NCBI GenBank assembly: GCA_018335675.1
Contig: JAGXRQ010000017.1
Location: 8,051-72,050, forward strand
Reading direction: 5' to 3'
DNA from: Bacteroidota bacterium
Lineage (GTDB): Bacteria > Bacteroidota > Bacteroidia > Bacteroidales > UBA7960
DNA: 64,000 nucleotides
Each line of letters opens with the position of its first letter. Positions within the stretch are counted from its first letter, which is position 1. The notes beneath the pieces were generated by a model. It saw nothing but the letters and a program-made list of their open reading frames with translations, ran no database searches and had not been told where the DNA came from. This document shows, in pieces, positions 49,736 through 58,995 of the stretch. A program made the position numbers and the translations under genes.

Positions 49736-50632
49736 TTAATTAGATATTTTCCAAAACTGATGATAATTAAACCATTGCAGAGGATATTGCTTAACAACTC
49801 TTTCCATTTCAGCGATATAATCATCCATCATTGCCGAAAGTTCTTGCTTTCTGGTTTTGAGATTTGCCGGATATTTATATAACTTCGGCGGTGTTGCAAA
49901 AAAATGATAATGAGTAGTTTTTTCTTTCATAGCAGAAACATAAACAACCGGAACATTATACTTGCTTGCAAGATATACTGAACCGGTAGGAAATTCGGCT
50001 TCAAAACCCATAAAGTTTTTAACAGCATTATTTGTACCCGGCAAAAACCTATCTCCATGCATAGCTATAATTTCTTTATTTTTAAGAGCTTCTGCAATTT
50101 TAAACAGGTAATCGTTGCTATTTTCTTTGATGTATATAATTTCGATATTGTACTTCCTCATAACAGAGCCAACAAGATCCCGAATATAATGCTGCTCACC
50201 GTCGTACATCAAAATGTTGATTTTAGCATTAATTCTTTCCAGCAATTTACCAGCAATTTCCCAATTTCCAACATGTGCACCAACTAGAATGCCTCCGGTA
50301 TTCTCCTCAGCCATTTTATGCAAAAAATGTTCACCTTCGAAATTAAAAGAAAACTTAGTTGAAAAACCTGCTGCAATCGCAATTCTATCAAGCAGAACTT
50401 GTCCAAAAATATAATAATTGCGATAAATACTTTTTTGAGTTTTAAAATAAGAATACTTTAGAACATGCCTGAAATAAAATCGTATTCCCTGTTTATTTGA
50501 AAAGAGGAAAAACCAAAAAGCGACGAAAATAAGCACAAAATAAGCAATTCTGATATTAAAATGCTTTAACAGAAATATAAAGATCCTATATCCTAAGGGT
50601 CCGCCTTTAGTTTTTCCGCTCCATGAAGCCAT
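49736..50632 (-). CDS. LpxL/HtrB-type lysophospholipid acyltransferase (aryl-polyene ApeD-like)
   Basis: N-terminal membrane anchor, VGAHVGNWE (the HX4D-type region reads HVGNWE) and about 300 aa, as in lipid A biosynthesis acyltransferase family members of APE clusters. Confidence 0.7.
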   Translation of the reverse strand: MASWSGKTKGGPLGYRIFIFLLKHFNIRIAYFVLIFVAFWFFLFSNKQGIRFYFRHVLKYSYFKTQKSIYRNYYIFGQVLLDRIAIAAGFSTKFSFNFEGEHFLHKMAEENTGGILVGAHVGNWEIAGKLLERINAKINILMYDGEQHYIRDLVGSVMRKYNIEIIYIKENSNDYLFKIAEALKNKEIIAMHGDRFLPGTNNAVKNFMGFEAEFPTGSVYLASKYNVPVVYVSAMKEKTTHYHFFATPPKLYKYPANLKTRKQELSAMMDDYIAEMERVVKQYPLQWFNYHQFWKISN

Positions 50633-50880
50633 TAATTCTTGTTAAGTTTGTTATAAATGTAATCATAAAGGTCATCAACAGTTCTAACACCTGCAACTTC
50701 CTCTCCAACAACCTTTACTCCAAACTCTTTTTCAACAATAACAGCAATATCAACAAAGTCAAGGCTTTCAATACCTAAATCATCTTTCAACAAAGCATCA
50801 GGAGAGAGTTGAGAGCTCTCAATTTCAAACTCATCGATAAGAAATTCGTTTACCTTGCTAACAATTACTTCTTTTTGCAT
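50632..50880 (-). CDS. Acyl carrier protein
   Basis: LGIESLDFVDIAV carries the attachment Ser motif. Start placed at the ATG (MQKEVIVSKV). The ORF-track start at 50985 is a TTG inside the promoter region. Confidence 0.85.
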   Translation of the reverse strand: MQKEVIVSKVNEFLIDEFEIESSQLSPDALLKDDLGIESLDFVDIAVIVEKEFGVKVVGEEVAGVRTVDDLYDYIYNKLNKN

Positions 50881-50915
50881 AATTACACGAAAATATTTAA
50901 TACTCGATTGACTTA

Positions 50916-50923
50916 CAAAGCTA
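50916..50923 (-). promoter_or_regulatory. Candidate -7 promoter box (TAGCTTTG) for the left arm (ACP to flavodoxin-fold gene)
   Basis: The minus strand reads TAGCTTTGTAAGTC, about 36 nt upstream of the ACP ATG. Confidence 0.45.
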
Positions 50924-51116
50924 AGGTTTTTCACAAATAATCTTAAAAACCTTACGTTAAAAAACCTTATAAAAATGAACAGCAAAAGTATAAAAAAGTT
51001 GCAAACGAATACATAAAAATTATATACTTATTATATATGTTGTTAAAAAACATTGAAAAGGGGGTGGGGTGTTTTCTCTGCGAGCCTTGTGTCTTATAAT
51101 AGGATACGTACTAGCG

Positions 51117-51158
51117 AATCCGTTAAAATCAGTCTAATCTGTGTCATCCGTGTTCCGT
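51117..51158. repeat. Degenerate phased repeat of five copies of AATCNGT-like words at 8-10-bp spacing
   Basis: AATCCGT, AATCAGT, AATCTGT, CATCCGT and TTCCGT, read directly, followed by a T-run. Confidence 0.8.
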
Positions 51159-51200
51159 TTTTTAAATTTGCTTCGGATTTAAGATTTTTTTTAAAAATAG

Positions 51201-51342
51201 CTACACAGTGTTTCACAGTGTTTTCACAGAGTTTCACAGTGTGGTTTGTGCAAACCAAATCGTAAATCGTAAATCGTAAATATTACATTGCCGCTGCCAA
51301 CTGTTGACTATTGACTGTTGACTGTTGTTGCTTACTGCTGAC
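51201..51342. repeat. Mosaic of three short tandem arrays in the divergent promoter region
   Basis: Four TTTCACAGTG-type units at 10-11-bp phasing (51204-51241). A GGTTTG-TG-CAAACC inverted repeat (51243-51256). 3.5 copies of AAATCGT (51257-51281). About seven 7-bp CTGTTGA/CTATTGA-type units (51294-51342). Confidence 0.9.
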
Positions 51343-51388
51343 TTTTTCCCACCAAAACATCCCCTTCCATTTCAAAACAAAAAAATAT

Positions 51389-51396
51389 TATATTTG
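51389..51396 (+). promoter_or_regulatory. Candidate -7 promoter box (TATATTTG) for the right arm
   Basis: TATATTTGCACTGC is an exact TAnnTTTG match, about 120 nt upstream of the GTG start at 51517. Confidence 0.45.
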
Positions 51397-51516
51397 CACT
51401 GCAATTTTAGTCATAAAAAAGCCTTGTCAAAACGGGATAATATTCAGACCAATGCATTCTTGTCTTTTGTTTATAAGGCATTTCAACATTACAAACAACA
51501 CAAATATAACTTTTAA

Positions 51517-53082
51517 GTGATAAAAATTTACCCAAGCAAAGAGTTCTCTATTGATGAGTTTAACTCTATTATTATAAACAAAAAACCCTTTGAACTTGAC
51601 GATGAAAGTCTTGAATCAGTTAATGAAAGCTATAACTTCCTAGTTGAATTCTCAAAGGATAAAGTTATTTACGGAATAAATACGGGCTTTGGGCCAATGG
51701 CTCAATATGTTATTGACAATGAAGATCAAATTCAGCTTCAGTATAACCTTATTAGAAGCCATGCTGCCGGCGTAGGTGAAAAAATACCCGACCTTTATGT
51801 AAAGGCAATAATGTTCGTTAGAATGCGCTCAATAATTCAGGGCTATTCGGGCATTCATCCATCTTGCGTGAAATTGCTACTCGAAATGATAAACAAGGAT
51901 GTATATCCTTATATACCTGAACATGGCGGAGTGGGCGCCAGCGGTGACCTTGTACAACTTTCTCATTTATCTTTAATTATGATTGGAGAAGGTCAGGTAA
52001 CTTTCAAAGGGCAAATTAGAGAGACCGAGGAAGTATTCAAAGAACTTGGTATATCACCAATACAAGTTGTTCTTAGAGAAGGTCTTTCCTTGATTAATGG
52101 AACATCTGTAATGACAGGCATTGGGCTTATAAACATTATTAAAGCTCAACAACTATTAAATTGGGCTGTAGCAGCTTCGGCAATGATAAATGAGATTGTT
52201 GAATCTTTTGACGATTATTTTTCAAAAGAGCTAAATGGAGTAAAAAGACACAACGGACAATCAAAAGTTGCCAAATCGCTTAGAGATATTCTTGCAGACA
52301 GTAAGCTTATAAACCGAAGAGAAAATCATTTTTATAACGGAACAAACAACTACAAAAACAACGGTCGTAATCACATCACCCAAAGAAAGGTTCAGGAATA
52401 TTATTCATTACGCTGTGTACCTCAAGTTTTGGGTCCTGTTTTAGACACAATAAAGTATGCCGAAGAAGTTCTTGTTAATGAAATGAATTCTGTAAGCGAC
52501 AATCCAATTGTAGATGTTGCAACAAAAAATGTATATCACGGTGGTAATTTCCATGGAGATTATGTTTCAATCGAAATGGATAAAATAAAACTTGCAGTCA
52601 CAAAATTATCAATGCTCTCAGAACGTCATCTAGCTTTCTTATGCAATTCTAAGCTAAATGAAAAGCTGCCTCCTTTTGTAAACCTTGGCACTCTTGGCTT
52701 GAATCTTGGCATGCAAGGAGTTCAATTTACAGCTACTTCTACTGTTGCAGAAAATCAGACTTTATCAAACTCCATGTATGTGCATAGCATACCAACCAAC
52801 AACGACAATCAGGATATTGTGAGTATGGGTACTAATGCAGCTATGATGACAAAAAGAGTTATCGACAATGCTTATCAGGTTTTGGCTATTGAATTTATGG
52901 CTTTGCTGCAGGCTGTTGATTATTTGGAATATTCAGACAAACTTTCCTCAACAACTGGCAAAATATACAAAGAACTTCGCAAGCTAGTACCAAAATTCGT
53001 GAGCGACACTCCAAAATATAAGGAAATTGAGCTGCTCAGCAAATTTTTGTTTGAAAATAACATAGATTTAAAAATTAATTAA
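51517..53082 (+). CDS. Aromatic amino acid ammonia-lyase (HAL/PAL/TAL family; probably tyrosine ammonia-lyase of flexirubin/APE type)
   Basis: MIO-forming triad in GGVGASGDLVQLSH, plus NTGFGPMA and QEYYSLRCVPQ motifs. GTG start. The cluster context argues for 4-coumarate formation rather than histidine catabolism, since no hutU/hutI is nearby. Confidence 0.85.
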   Translation: MIKIYPSKEFSIDEFNSIIINKKPFELDDESLESVNESYNFLVEFSKDKVIYGINTGFGPMAQYVIDNEDQIQLQYNLIRSHAAGVGEKIPDLYVKAIMFVRMRSIIQGYSGIHPSCVKLLLEMINKDVYPYIPEHGGVGASGDLVQLSHLSLIMIGEGQVTFKGQIRETEEVFKELGISPIQVVLREGLSLINGTSVMTGIGLINIIKAQQLLNWAVAASAMINEIVESFDDYFSKELNGVKRHNGQSKVAKSLRDILADSKLINRRENHFYNGTNNYKNNGRNHITQRKVQEYYSLRCVPQVLGPVLDTIKYAEEVLVNEMNSVSDNPIVDVATKNVYHGGNFHGDYVSIEMDKIKLAVTKLSMLSERHLAFLCNSKLNEKLPPFVNLGTLGLNLGMQGVQFTATSTVAENQTLSNSMYVHSIPTNNDNQDIVSMGTNAAMMTKRVIDNAYQVLAIEFMALLQAVDYLEYSDKLSSTTGKIYKELRKLVPKFVSDTPKYKEIELLSKFLFENNIDLKIN

Positions 53083-53084
53083 TT

Positions 53085-53813
53085 ATGAAATATGCACTGG
53101 TGACCGGAGGGTCCAGAGGTATTGGTAAAGCTATATGCATTAAATTGGCAAGTGATGGTTTCTACGTTTTAATAAACTATAGATCAAACAAAACAGAAGC
53201 CGAACATACTCTTGCAGAAATTAAAAATAATGGTGGAGATGGAGAGTTGATGCAATTTGATGTTTCAAGTTCAGAAGAGGTAAGATCCGTTTTAGGTAAA
53301 TGGATGGAGGCAAACACCGACAAACATATTGAAGTATTGGTTAATAATGCAGGCATTACAAAAGATAACCTAATGGTTTTTATGTCTGATGACGAATGGA
53401 ATACGGTTATAAATACAAACCAACACAGCTTTTTTTTCGTAACCAAGCAACTTTTGCAGAATATGATTGTTAAAAAGAATGGAAAAATTATTAATATTGT
53501 TTCGCTTTCCGGACAAAAGGGTCAACCCGGACAGGTTAATTATGCCGCCACTAAAGGCGCTATAATAGCTGCAACCAAGTCGTTGGCGCAGGAAGTAGGA
53601 AAGAAAAAAGTAACCGTAAATGCTGTTGCACCGGGCTTTATAAAAACTGATATGACATCTCAAATGGATGAAAACATGCTTAAATCGTTAATACCTCTAA
53701 ACAGATTTGGAGAGCCCGAAGAAGTTGCGGAAGTTGTTGCATTTTTAGCATCAGGAAAAGCATCATATATAACAGGTGAAGTTATTTCGGTAAATGGAGG
53801 AATGTATAGTTAA
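53085..53813 (+). CDS. 3-oxoacyl-ACP reductase (SDR, FabG/ApeQ-like)
   Basis: TGGSRGIGKA cofactor motif, NNAG, and YAATKGA (YxxxK). Confidence 0.9.
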   Translation: MKYALVTGGSRGIGKAICIKLASDGFYVLINYRSNKTEAEHTLAEIKNNGGDGELMQFDVSSSEEVRSVLGKWMEANTDKHIEVLVNNAGITKDNLMVFMSDDEWNTVINTNQHSFFFVTKQLLQNMIVKKNGKIINIVSLSGQKGQPGQVNYAATKGAIIAATKSLAQEVGKKKVTVNAVAPGFIKTDMTSQMDENMLKSLIPLNRFGEPEEVAEVVAFLASGKASYITGEVISVNGGMYS

Positions 53814-53832
53814 TTTTAACAAAAAATTGATT

Positions 53833-55056
53833 ATGAGAAGAGTAGTAATTACAGGTATGGGAGTTTACTCCACAATTGGTAAAAACCTAGAAGAAGTTAA
53901 GGAATCATTATATATCGGACGTTCAGGCATTGGTCTCGACCCAAGAAGAAAAGAGTTTGGATTCAGATCATCTCTAACCGGAATTATAGAAAGGCCCGAC
54001 TTGAAAGGCGTTTTGCCCAGAAGAATGAGAATTGGCATGGCCGAACAGGGCGAATACTCATATGTAGCAACAATGGAAGCTCTTAAAAATGCCGGAATAG
54101 ATGAAGATTTTCTAAATAAGAATGAGATAGGAATTCTCTACGGAAACGACAGCTCTTCGATTCCTGTTATTGATGCTATCGACATTGTAAGAGAGAAAAA
54201 AGACACAACTCTGATTGGCTCTGGATCAATTTTTCAGTCGATGAATTCGACAATAACAATGAATCTGGCAGTGATCTTGAAACTTAAAGGCATTAATTTT
54301 ACAATTAGTGGTGCATGTGCAAGCAGTTCGCATGCTATCGGACTTGCATTTTTCTTAATTGCCAACAACCAGCAAGACATTATCATATGCGGTGGCGGAC
54401 AAGAAGTAAATGCCGAATCAATGGGTAGCTTCGACGGACTAAGTGCTTTTTCAAGAAGAGAAAGCGACCCGACAAAAGCCTCAAGACCATTCGACAAAAA
54501 TCGTGATGGACTTGTCCCAAGCGGTGGAGCTGCAACTGTAATTGTTGAAAGTCTTGACTCTGCACTAAAAAGGGGAGCCAATATTCTCGGAGAAATTGTT
54601 GGATACGGCTTTTCATCAAACGGAGATCATATTTCAGTGCCAAATGTTGACGGCCCTGTAAGGTCTATAGAAAGATGTTTGAAATCAGCTAATCTTAATG
54701 CCAAAGAGATTGATTACGTAAATGCACACGCTACTTCAACTCCTGTTGGTGATGAGTTCGAAGCCAAAGCACTTGATTTGATTTTCGGACCTCATAAAGT
54801 TCCAATCTCTTCTACAAAATCAATGACCGGCCACGAAATGTGGATGGGTGGTGCAAGTGAGGTTATTTACTCTATGATTATGATGCATAATAATTTTATT
54901 GCACCTAATATTAATTTCGAAACCCCGGATGATGCAGTTGCAAACTTGAACATCATTTCAAAAACAACTGAACACAAGATTAATACTTTCTTATCCAACT
55001 CTTTTGGCTTTGGAGGCACAAATTCTACTCTGATTGTTAAAAGATTTGTTAAGTAA
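53833..55056 (+). CDS. Beta-ketoacyl-ACP synthase (FabF/FabB-type KS)
   Basis: Cys-His-His triad contexts ISGACASSSHA, NAHATSTPVGD and KSMTGHEM. Start placed at the ATG (MRRVVITGMGV) rather than the overlapping ORF-track start of 53794. Confidence 0.9.
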   Translation: MRRVVITGMGVYSTIGKNLEEVKESLYIGRSGIGLDPRRKEFGFRSSLTGIIERPDLKGVLPRRMRIGMAEQGEYSYVATMEALKNAGIDEDFLNKNEIGILYGNDSSSIPVIDAIDIVREKKDTTLIGSGSIFQSMNSTITMNLAVILKLKGINFTISGACASSSHAIGLAFFLIANNQQDIIICGGGQEVNAESMGSFDGLSAFSRRESDPTKASRPFDKNRDGLVPSGGAATVIVESLDSALKRGANILGEIVGYGFSSNGDHISVPNVDGPVRSIERCLKSANLNAKEIDYVNAHATSTPVGDEFEAKALDLIFGPHKVPISSTKSMTGHEMWMGGASEVIYSMIMMHNNFIAPNINFETPDDAVANLNIISKTTEHKINTFLSNSFGFGGTNSTLIVKRFVK

Positions 55057-55057
55057 G

Positions 55058-55157
55058 TTCTGAGTCCTGAGTCCTGAGTCCTAAGTTCTGAGTCCTGAGT
55101 CCTGAGTCCTAAGTCCTGAGACCTGAGTCCTGAGTCCTGAGTTCTGAGTTCTGAGTC
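55058..55157. repeat. Tandem array of 14 copies of a 7-bp unit (TCCTGAG and variants)
   Basis: Read directly. It begins 2 nt after the KS stop codon. The first eight units form two identical 28-bp blocks (TTCTGAG TCCTGAG TCCTGAG TCCTAAG). Confidence 0.95.
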
Positions 55158-55199
55158 ATTTTCAATCGTAACTTTTTGTTGGTGAATTATATATTTATT

Positions 55200-55207
55200 T
55201 AACTTTG
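55200..55207 (+). promoter_or_regulatory. Candidate -7 promoter box (TAACTTTG) for the C10 peptidase gene
   Basis: Exact TAnnTTTG match 35 nt upstream of the ATG at 55242. Confidence 0.45.
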
Positions 55208-55241
55208 AAGCACTTAAAGCAAATAATTAAATTCACCATAT

Positions 55242-56891
55242 ATGAAAAAAGTTATTTCGTTAGCAGCCGCACTAATTATTTCAATTACAGTTTTTTCAAA
55301 TCCGGTTGACTATTCCAAAGCATTAAAGATTGCAGAGAATTTTAGCATTGCAAATGAATTAGCACTTAGTCTTTCAGGAGAATTTTCAAAAATTCAAAAT
55401 GACAACAAAACACTAGCTTTTGTATTTTTCGGAAAAGACCATGGTTTTATAGTTGTATCTGCAGATTACAATATTACTCCGGTAGTGTCATACAGTATGT
55501 CAGAAGAATTTTCAGAAGGTTCTGCCTTAGAGAGCCTAATAAAGGCTGATTTAATGACCAGAATAAATAATATTGAATATCAAGCATCTGCCACCAGGCT
55601 TAAAATAAATTCAAAATGGGAAAAACTTTTAACAGATAATCCGACAAAAGAAGAAGTAAACCAATGGCCTGAGCCTGGAACAACTACAACAGGCGGATGG
55701 ACAGAAACAACTTGGAATCAGACGCATCCTTACAATCTGTTTTGCCCTATTAAACTAAGCACGCAACAACGTTCGCTTACCGGCTGTCCTGCAACTGCAA
55801 TGGCACAAATTCTATATTATCACAAAGAACTAAATAATACCAGATTTGGAACAGCAGACAGATACTATCACAACTACTTTCAAAAATACTGGATAGATGA
55901 TGCACATGAAACATATGATTTTTTATCATTTTCTGCATTAAATGAATATCTTGAGAGCATTGAAAGCAAGTTTCAAAACGACGAGGCTTTATCTACAGAA
56001 GATATAGCAGCATTATCTCTTGCTGCAGGCTTTGCGTGCAAAAGTGTTTATGACCCGGGAGGCTCAGGCACTTTCAGTGTGCAACAAGCTTATAATGCTT
56101 TTATAAAATTTGGATTTTCTGAAGCTGTATTGTTAGATGATTCATTTTCTGATGAAGAAATTAAGGAGAAAATGATTGAAAACATCAAGGATGCTTTGCC
56201 TGTGCATCTTGCAGTTGTAGATAATGCGTGGCAATACGGACATAATGTTGTGTGCGACGGATACAGAGACAACGGCTTTTTCAGGATTAACATGGGCTGG
56301 GGAGGAAGTGCTGACAACTGGTATAGTTTGCCGGAAGGATTTCCATATTCTTTAACAGTTTTTGAAGGAATTGTAGCAGATATAATTCCAAAACCAAGGT
56401 TCTCTCTCACCCTTTTGGTTTCACCCGACAATCTTGAAACTGAACTATCAGGAAGTGGAATGTATCAGGAAGGAAATCAAGTTTTAATTACTGCCGGCAT
56501 AATTGAAAACTATGAATTTACTCATTGGTCAGGCAGCGAGAACGATATTGAATTGATAGATGATGCGGAAAATCATGAAACAACCTTTACCATGCCGTCA
56601 AGAAATGTTGAACTTATCGCTAATTATCAGCCGGTTACTAACATTATTACATCACATCAAAAATCAATAAACATATACCCCAATCCATTCAATACTCAAA
56701 TTAACATATCTTCACCAGAAATAATTAAAGAAGCTAAGCTGTCCAATATTTACGGACAAGTAGTGATCTATTCTGGCGAAATCTCAGAGTTTGATGCGAT
56801 AATAACAGCGGGATTTATACAGCAAGGTGCATATATTCTAATTATAACTGATAAAAACGGGAATGTTTTTTCTAAGAAAATTGTGAAATAA
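55242..56891 (+). CDS. C10 (streptopain-like) cysteine peptidase with pro-domain, InlB-B-repeat-like domain and T9SS C-terminal sorting domain
   Basis: Signal peptide, catalytic Cys context TGCPATAMAQILYYH and His context YGHNVVCDGY. YEFTHWSG is an InlB-B-repeat-like element. The C-terminus reads INIYPNPFNTQINI...GAYILIITDKNG...KKIVK. Confidence 0.75.
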   Translation: MKKVISLAAALIISITVFSNPVDYSKALKIAENFSIANELALSLSGEFSKIQNDNKTLAFVFFGKDHGFIVVSADYNITPVVSYSMSEEFSEGSALESLIKADLMTRINNIEYQASATRLKINSKWEKLLTDNPTKEEVNQWPEPGTTTTGGWTETTWNQTHPYNLFCPIKLSTQQRSLTGCPATAMAQILYYHKELNNTRFGTADRYYHNYFQKYWIDDAHETYDFLSFSALNEYLESIESKFQNDEALSTEDIAALSLAAGFACKSVYDPGGSGTFSVQQAYNAFIKFGFSEAVLLDDSFSDEEIKEKMIENIKDALPVHLAVVDNAWQYGHNVVCDGYRDNGFFRINMGWGGSADNWYSLPEGFPYSLTVFEGIVADIIPKPRFSLTLLVSPDNLETELSGSGMYQEGNQVLITAGIIENYEFTHWSGSENDIELIDDAENHETTFTMPSRNVELIANYQPVTNIITSHQKSINIYPNPFNTQINISSPEIIKEAKLSNIYGQVVIYSGEISEFDAIITAGFIQQGAYILIITDKNGNVFSKKIVK

Positions 56892-56892
56892 A

Positions 56893-57648
56893 ATGAAGTT
56901 TTACCTGCTTTCAGCACTATATGTTTTGATAATTGCATTAGCAATACTTTTTCCAATTGAGAGGTTGGAAACCATAATAATCGTATCAGGAGTTTCGATT
57001 GTTTTTATTGCAATAATTGTATGGGCTTCAGTAAATATTAATTCGCAATTTTATGTGAAAACAATTTGCAGAAGCAATAAGAAAAATATGATTGCTATAA
57101 CATTTGATGATGGTCCGGACACAAAAAACACAATGCAAATACTTGATATTCTTGATGATTATAATGCTAAGGCAACATTTTTTGTTATTGGAGAAAAGGC
57201 CGAGGAGAACTCAGGATTAGTAAAGCTAATTCACGACTCCGGTCATCAGGTTGCAAACCACTCATACAGTCACAGCTATTTTTTCCCATTGAAAAGATCT
57301 AAAACAATCAGAGAAGAAATAAATTCTACTCAGTCAATAATTCAAAAAATTACCGGAGAAAAAAGCTTTTACTTCAGACCTCCGTTTGGAGTTACTAACC
57401 CATTAATAGCGAAAGCGTTAAAAGGCTTAAACATCAAAACCATAGGTTGGAGTATTAGATCATTTGATACTGTTCAAAAGGATGCCGAAAAAACCATCAC
57501 AAGAATAAAAAAACGAATAAAAGGAGGCGACATCATTTTGCTTCACGATACCGGCGGAAATATTATCCCAATGTTAAAAAAGCTGCTTGAAATAATTAGT
57601 CATAATAGCTTAATAGCAGTAAGGGTAGATGAACTTCTAAAAAAATAA
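56893..57648 (+). CDS. Membrane-anchored polysaccharide deacetylase (NodB/CE4 family)
   Basis: Two N-terminal TM helices, then NodB motifs TFDDGPD, HSYSH and RPPFG. Confidence 0.85.
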   Translation: MKFYLLSALYVLIIALAILFPIERLETIIIVSGVSIVFIAIIVWASVNINSQFYVKTICRSNKKNMIAITFDDGPDTKNTMQILDILDDYNAKATFFVIGEKAEENSGLVKLIHDSGHQVANHSYSHSYFFPLKRSKTIREEINSTQSIIQKITGEKSFYFRPPFGVTNPLIAKALKGLNIKTIGWSIRSFDTVQKDAEKTITRIKKRIKGGDIILLHDTGGNIIPMLKKLLEIISHNSLIAVRVDELLKK

Positions 57649-57713
57649 ACCCTCCCCTTTCACTTTAATAGAATATGCCAAGCTATTATATGTTTTTATG
57701 CAAAATCTTTGTG

Positions 57714-57721
57714 TAAATTTG
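57714..57721 (+). promoter_or_regulatory. Candidate -7 promoter box (TAAATTTG) upstream of the LolA-like gene
   Basis: TAAATTTGCATCC is an exact TAnnTTTG match, 35 nt upstream of the ATG at 57756. Confidence 0.45.
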
Positions 57722-57755
57722 CATCCTACTGAAGTAATAATTCAAACTACGATTA

Positions 57756-58388
57756 ATGAAGCACCTGATATTTTTGATTATTTGTTTTTGCATTAGCTAT
57801 AATTCCTTTACTCAGAATTATACAAAGGTTAGCAATATAAAAGAATTGGAGGTTCGCCTAACTGACAATTCCAAATCTCTTACCACTATTGTTGCCGACT
57901 TTACTCAAGAGAAGCATTTGGCATTTCTTGATGAGAAAATTATATCAACAGGGAAGTTTTGGCTCAGAGAAGCAAACAGCATCAGATGGGAATACAACAA
58001 TCCATTCAGTCATATTATAATAATTCATGATGGCAAATTCAGAACACGCGACGGTAAAGGGAAAACTTCATCTTTTGATATTAATTCAAACCCGGTATTT
58101 AAGGAAGTAAATAATCTCATTGTGAGCTCTGCTAGAGGCGATCTTATTGCTGACAATAAATTTGATGTAGAAGCCTTTGAAAATCAAACTTCATACAAGC
58201 TGATTCTTACTCCAAAAGATGAAAAGATAAAGCAGGTTATTAATAAAACCGAGCTTTACTTCGATAAAGAATTATTGTCGGTTTATAAAGTAGTAATGAT
58301 TGAAGGAGAAACCGACTTTACTATCATAACATTCACAAACAGAGTATTTAATGCAAATATCCCGAATAGTATTTTTAATATTGATTAG
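57756..58388 (+). CDS. LolA-like outer-membrane lipoprotein carrier protein (ApeL-like)
   Basis: Signal peptide, about 210 aa, and FTQEKHLAFLDEKIISTGKFW, which is typical of LolA-fold proteins in APE/flexirubin clusters. Confidence 0.7.
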   Translation: MKHLIFLIICFCISYNSFTQNYTKVSNIKELEVRLTDNSKSLTTIVADFTQEKHLAFLDEKIISTGKFWLREANSIRWEYNNPFSHIIIIHDGKFRTRDGKGKTSSFDINSNPVFKEVNNLIVSSARGDLIADNKFDVEAFENQTSYKLILTPKDEKIKQVINKTELYFDKELLSVYKVVMIEGETDFTIITFTNRVFNANIPNSIFNID

Positions 58389-58992
58389 TGTTTTTTTGCT
58401 GAATTCCTGCAGTCCGGTTAAAGGTCTCAAAAAAACATCTTACGACAAACCGCTTTCGACAAATAATTCTGTATTGAGCCAACATTACAATACAGCTCTT
58501 TACAAAGCAGGAATTGCAATTTTCGACAATTATTATTCAGGTCTGTTTTTTATAAAAAATATTCAAGACAAAAAAATGGCAAACATTGTTTTTATGTCTG
58601 AATTTGGTTTAAGTTTTATGGATATGAAGTTTGAAAACAATGCGATACAAACTAATAATGTTCAAGAATTTCTGAACAGAAAAGCTATAATCAGCAATAT
58701 GGAAAACTTTTTCCTGGCCTTATTTATGGATATTTCAGAAATCAACAATACAGATATATTTGTTGATGATACAAATGCAATAAAAGTTATAAAATTCAAA
58801 CAGAATTCGAGTCGGTATTATTATTTTTGCAACCAAGACAACAAAATTGAAAGAATAATACAAAAAAAACGAGGCAGGGCAAAACTTGAGATTTCATTAA
58901 AATACAACAATGAAGAATTGCCGTCAGAAATAAAATTTGAAAACAAAAGAATTAAGCTCAGAATGGAACTAGAGCTTGTAAGATTGAACTAA
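58351..58992 (+). CDS. Lipoprotein of unknown function (possible LolB/DUF3261-like partner)
   Basis: Lipobox in ISVFLLNSCSP. It overlaps the LolA-like gene by 38 nt. No further motif recognised. Confidence 0.55.
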   Translation: MQISRIVFLILISVFLLNSCSPVKGLKKTSYDKPLSTNNSVLSQHYNTALYKAGIAIFDNYYSGLFFIKNIQDKKMANIVFMSEFGLSFMDMKFENNAIQTNNVQEFLNRKAIISNMENFFLALFMDISEINNTDIFVDDTNAIKVIKFKQNSSRYYYFCNQDNKIERIIQKKRGRAKLEISLKYNNEELPSEIKFENKRIKLRMELELVRLN

Positions 58993-58995
58993 ACT

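Noticed and set aside
51053-51520. Three ORF-track entries (70, 69 and 63 aa) in the cluster's divergent intergenic region
   Set aside because: They start at non-ATG codons and translate straight through the tandem-repeat arrays (FTVFSQSFTV, DCCCLLL). One ends by overlapping the lyase start. They are better explained as non-coding control DNA.
55058-56891. C10 peptidase gene as a mobile-element insertion
   Set aside because: There is no transposase or integrase, no terminal inverted repeats and no target-site duplication. Only the heptamer array lies on one side. It is kept as a finding about gene content but is not called a mobile element.
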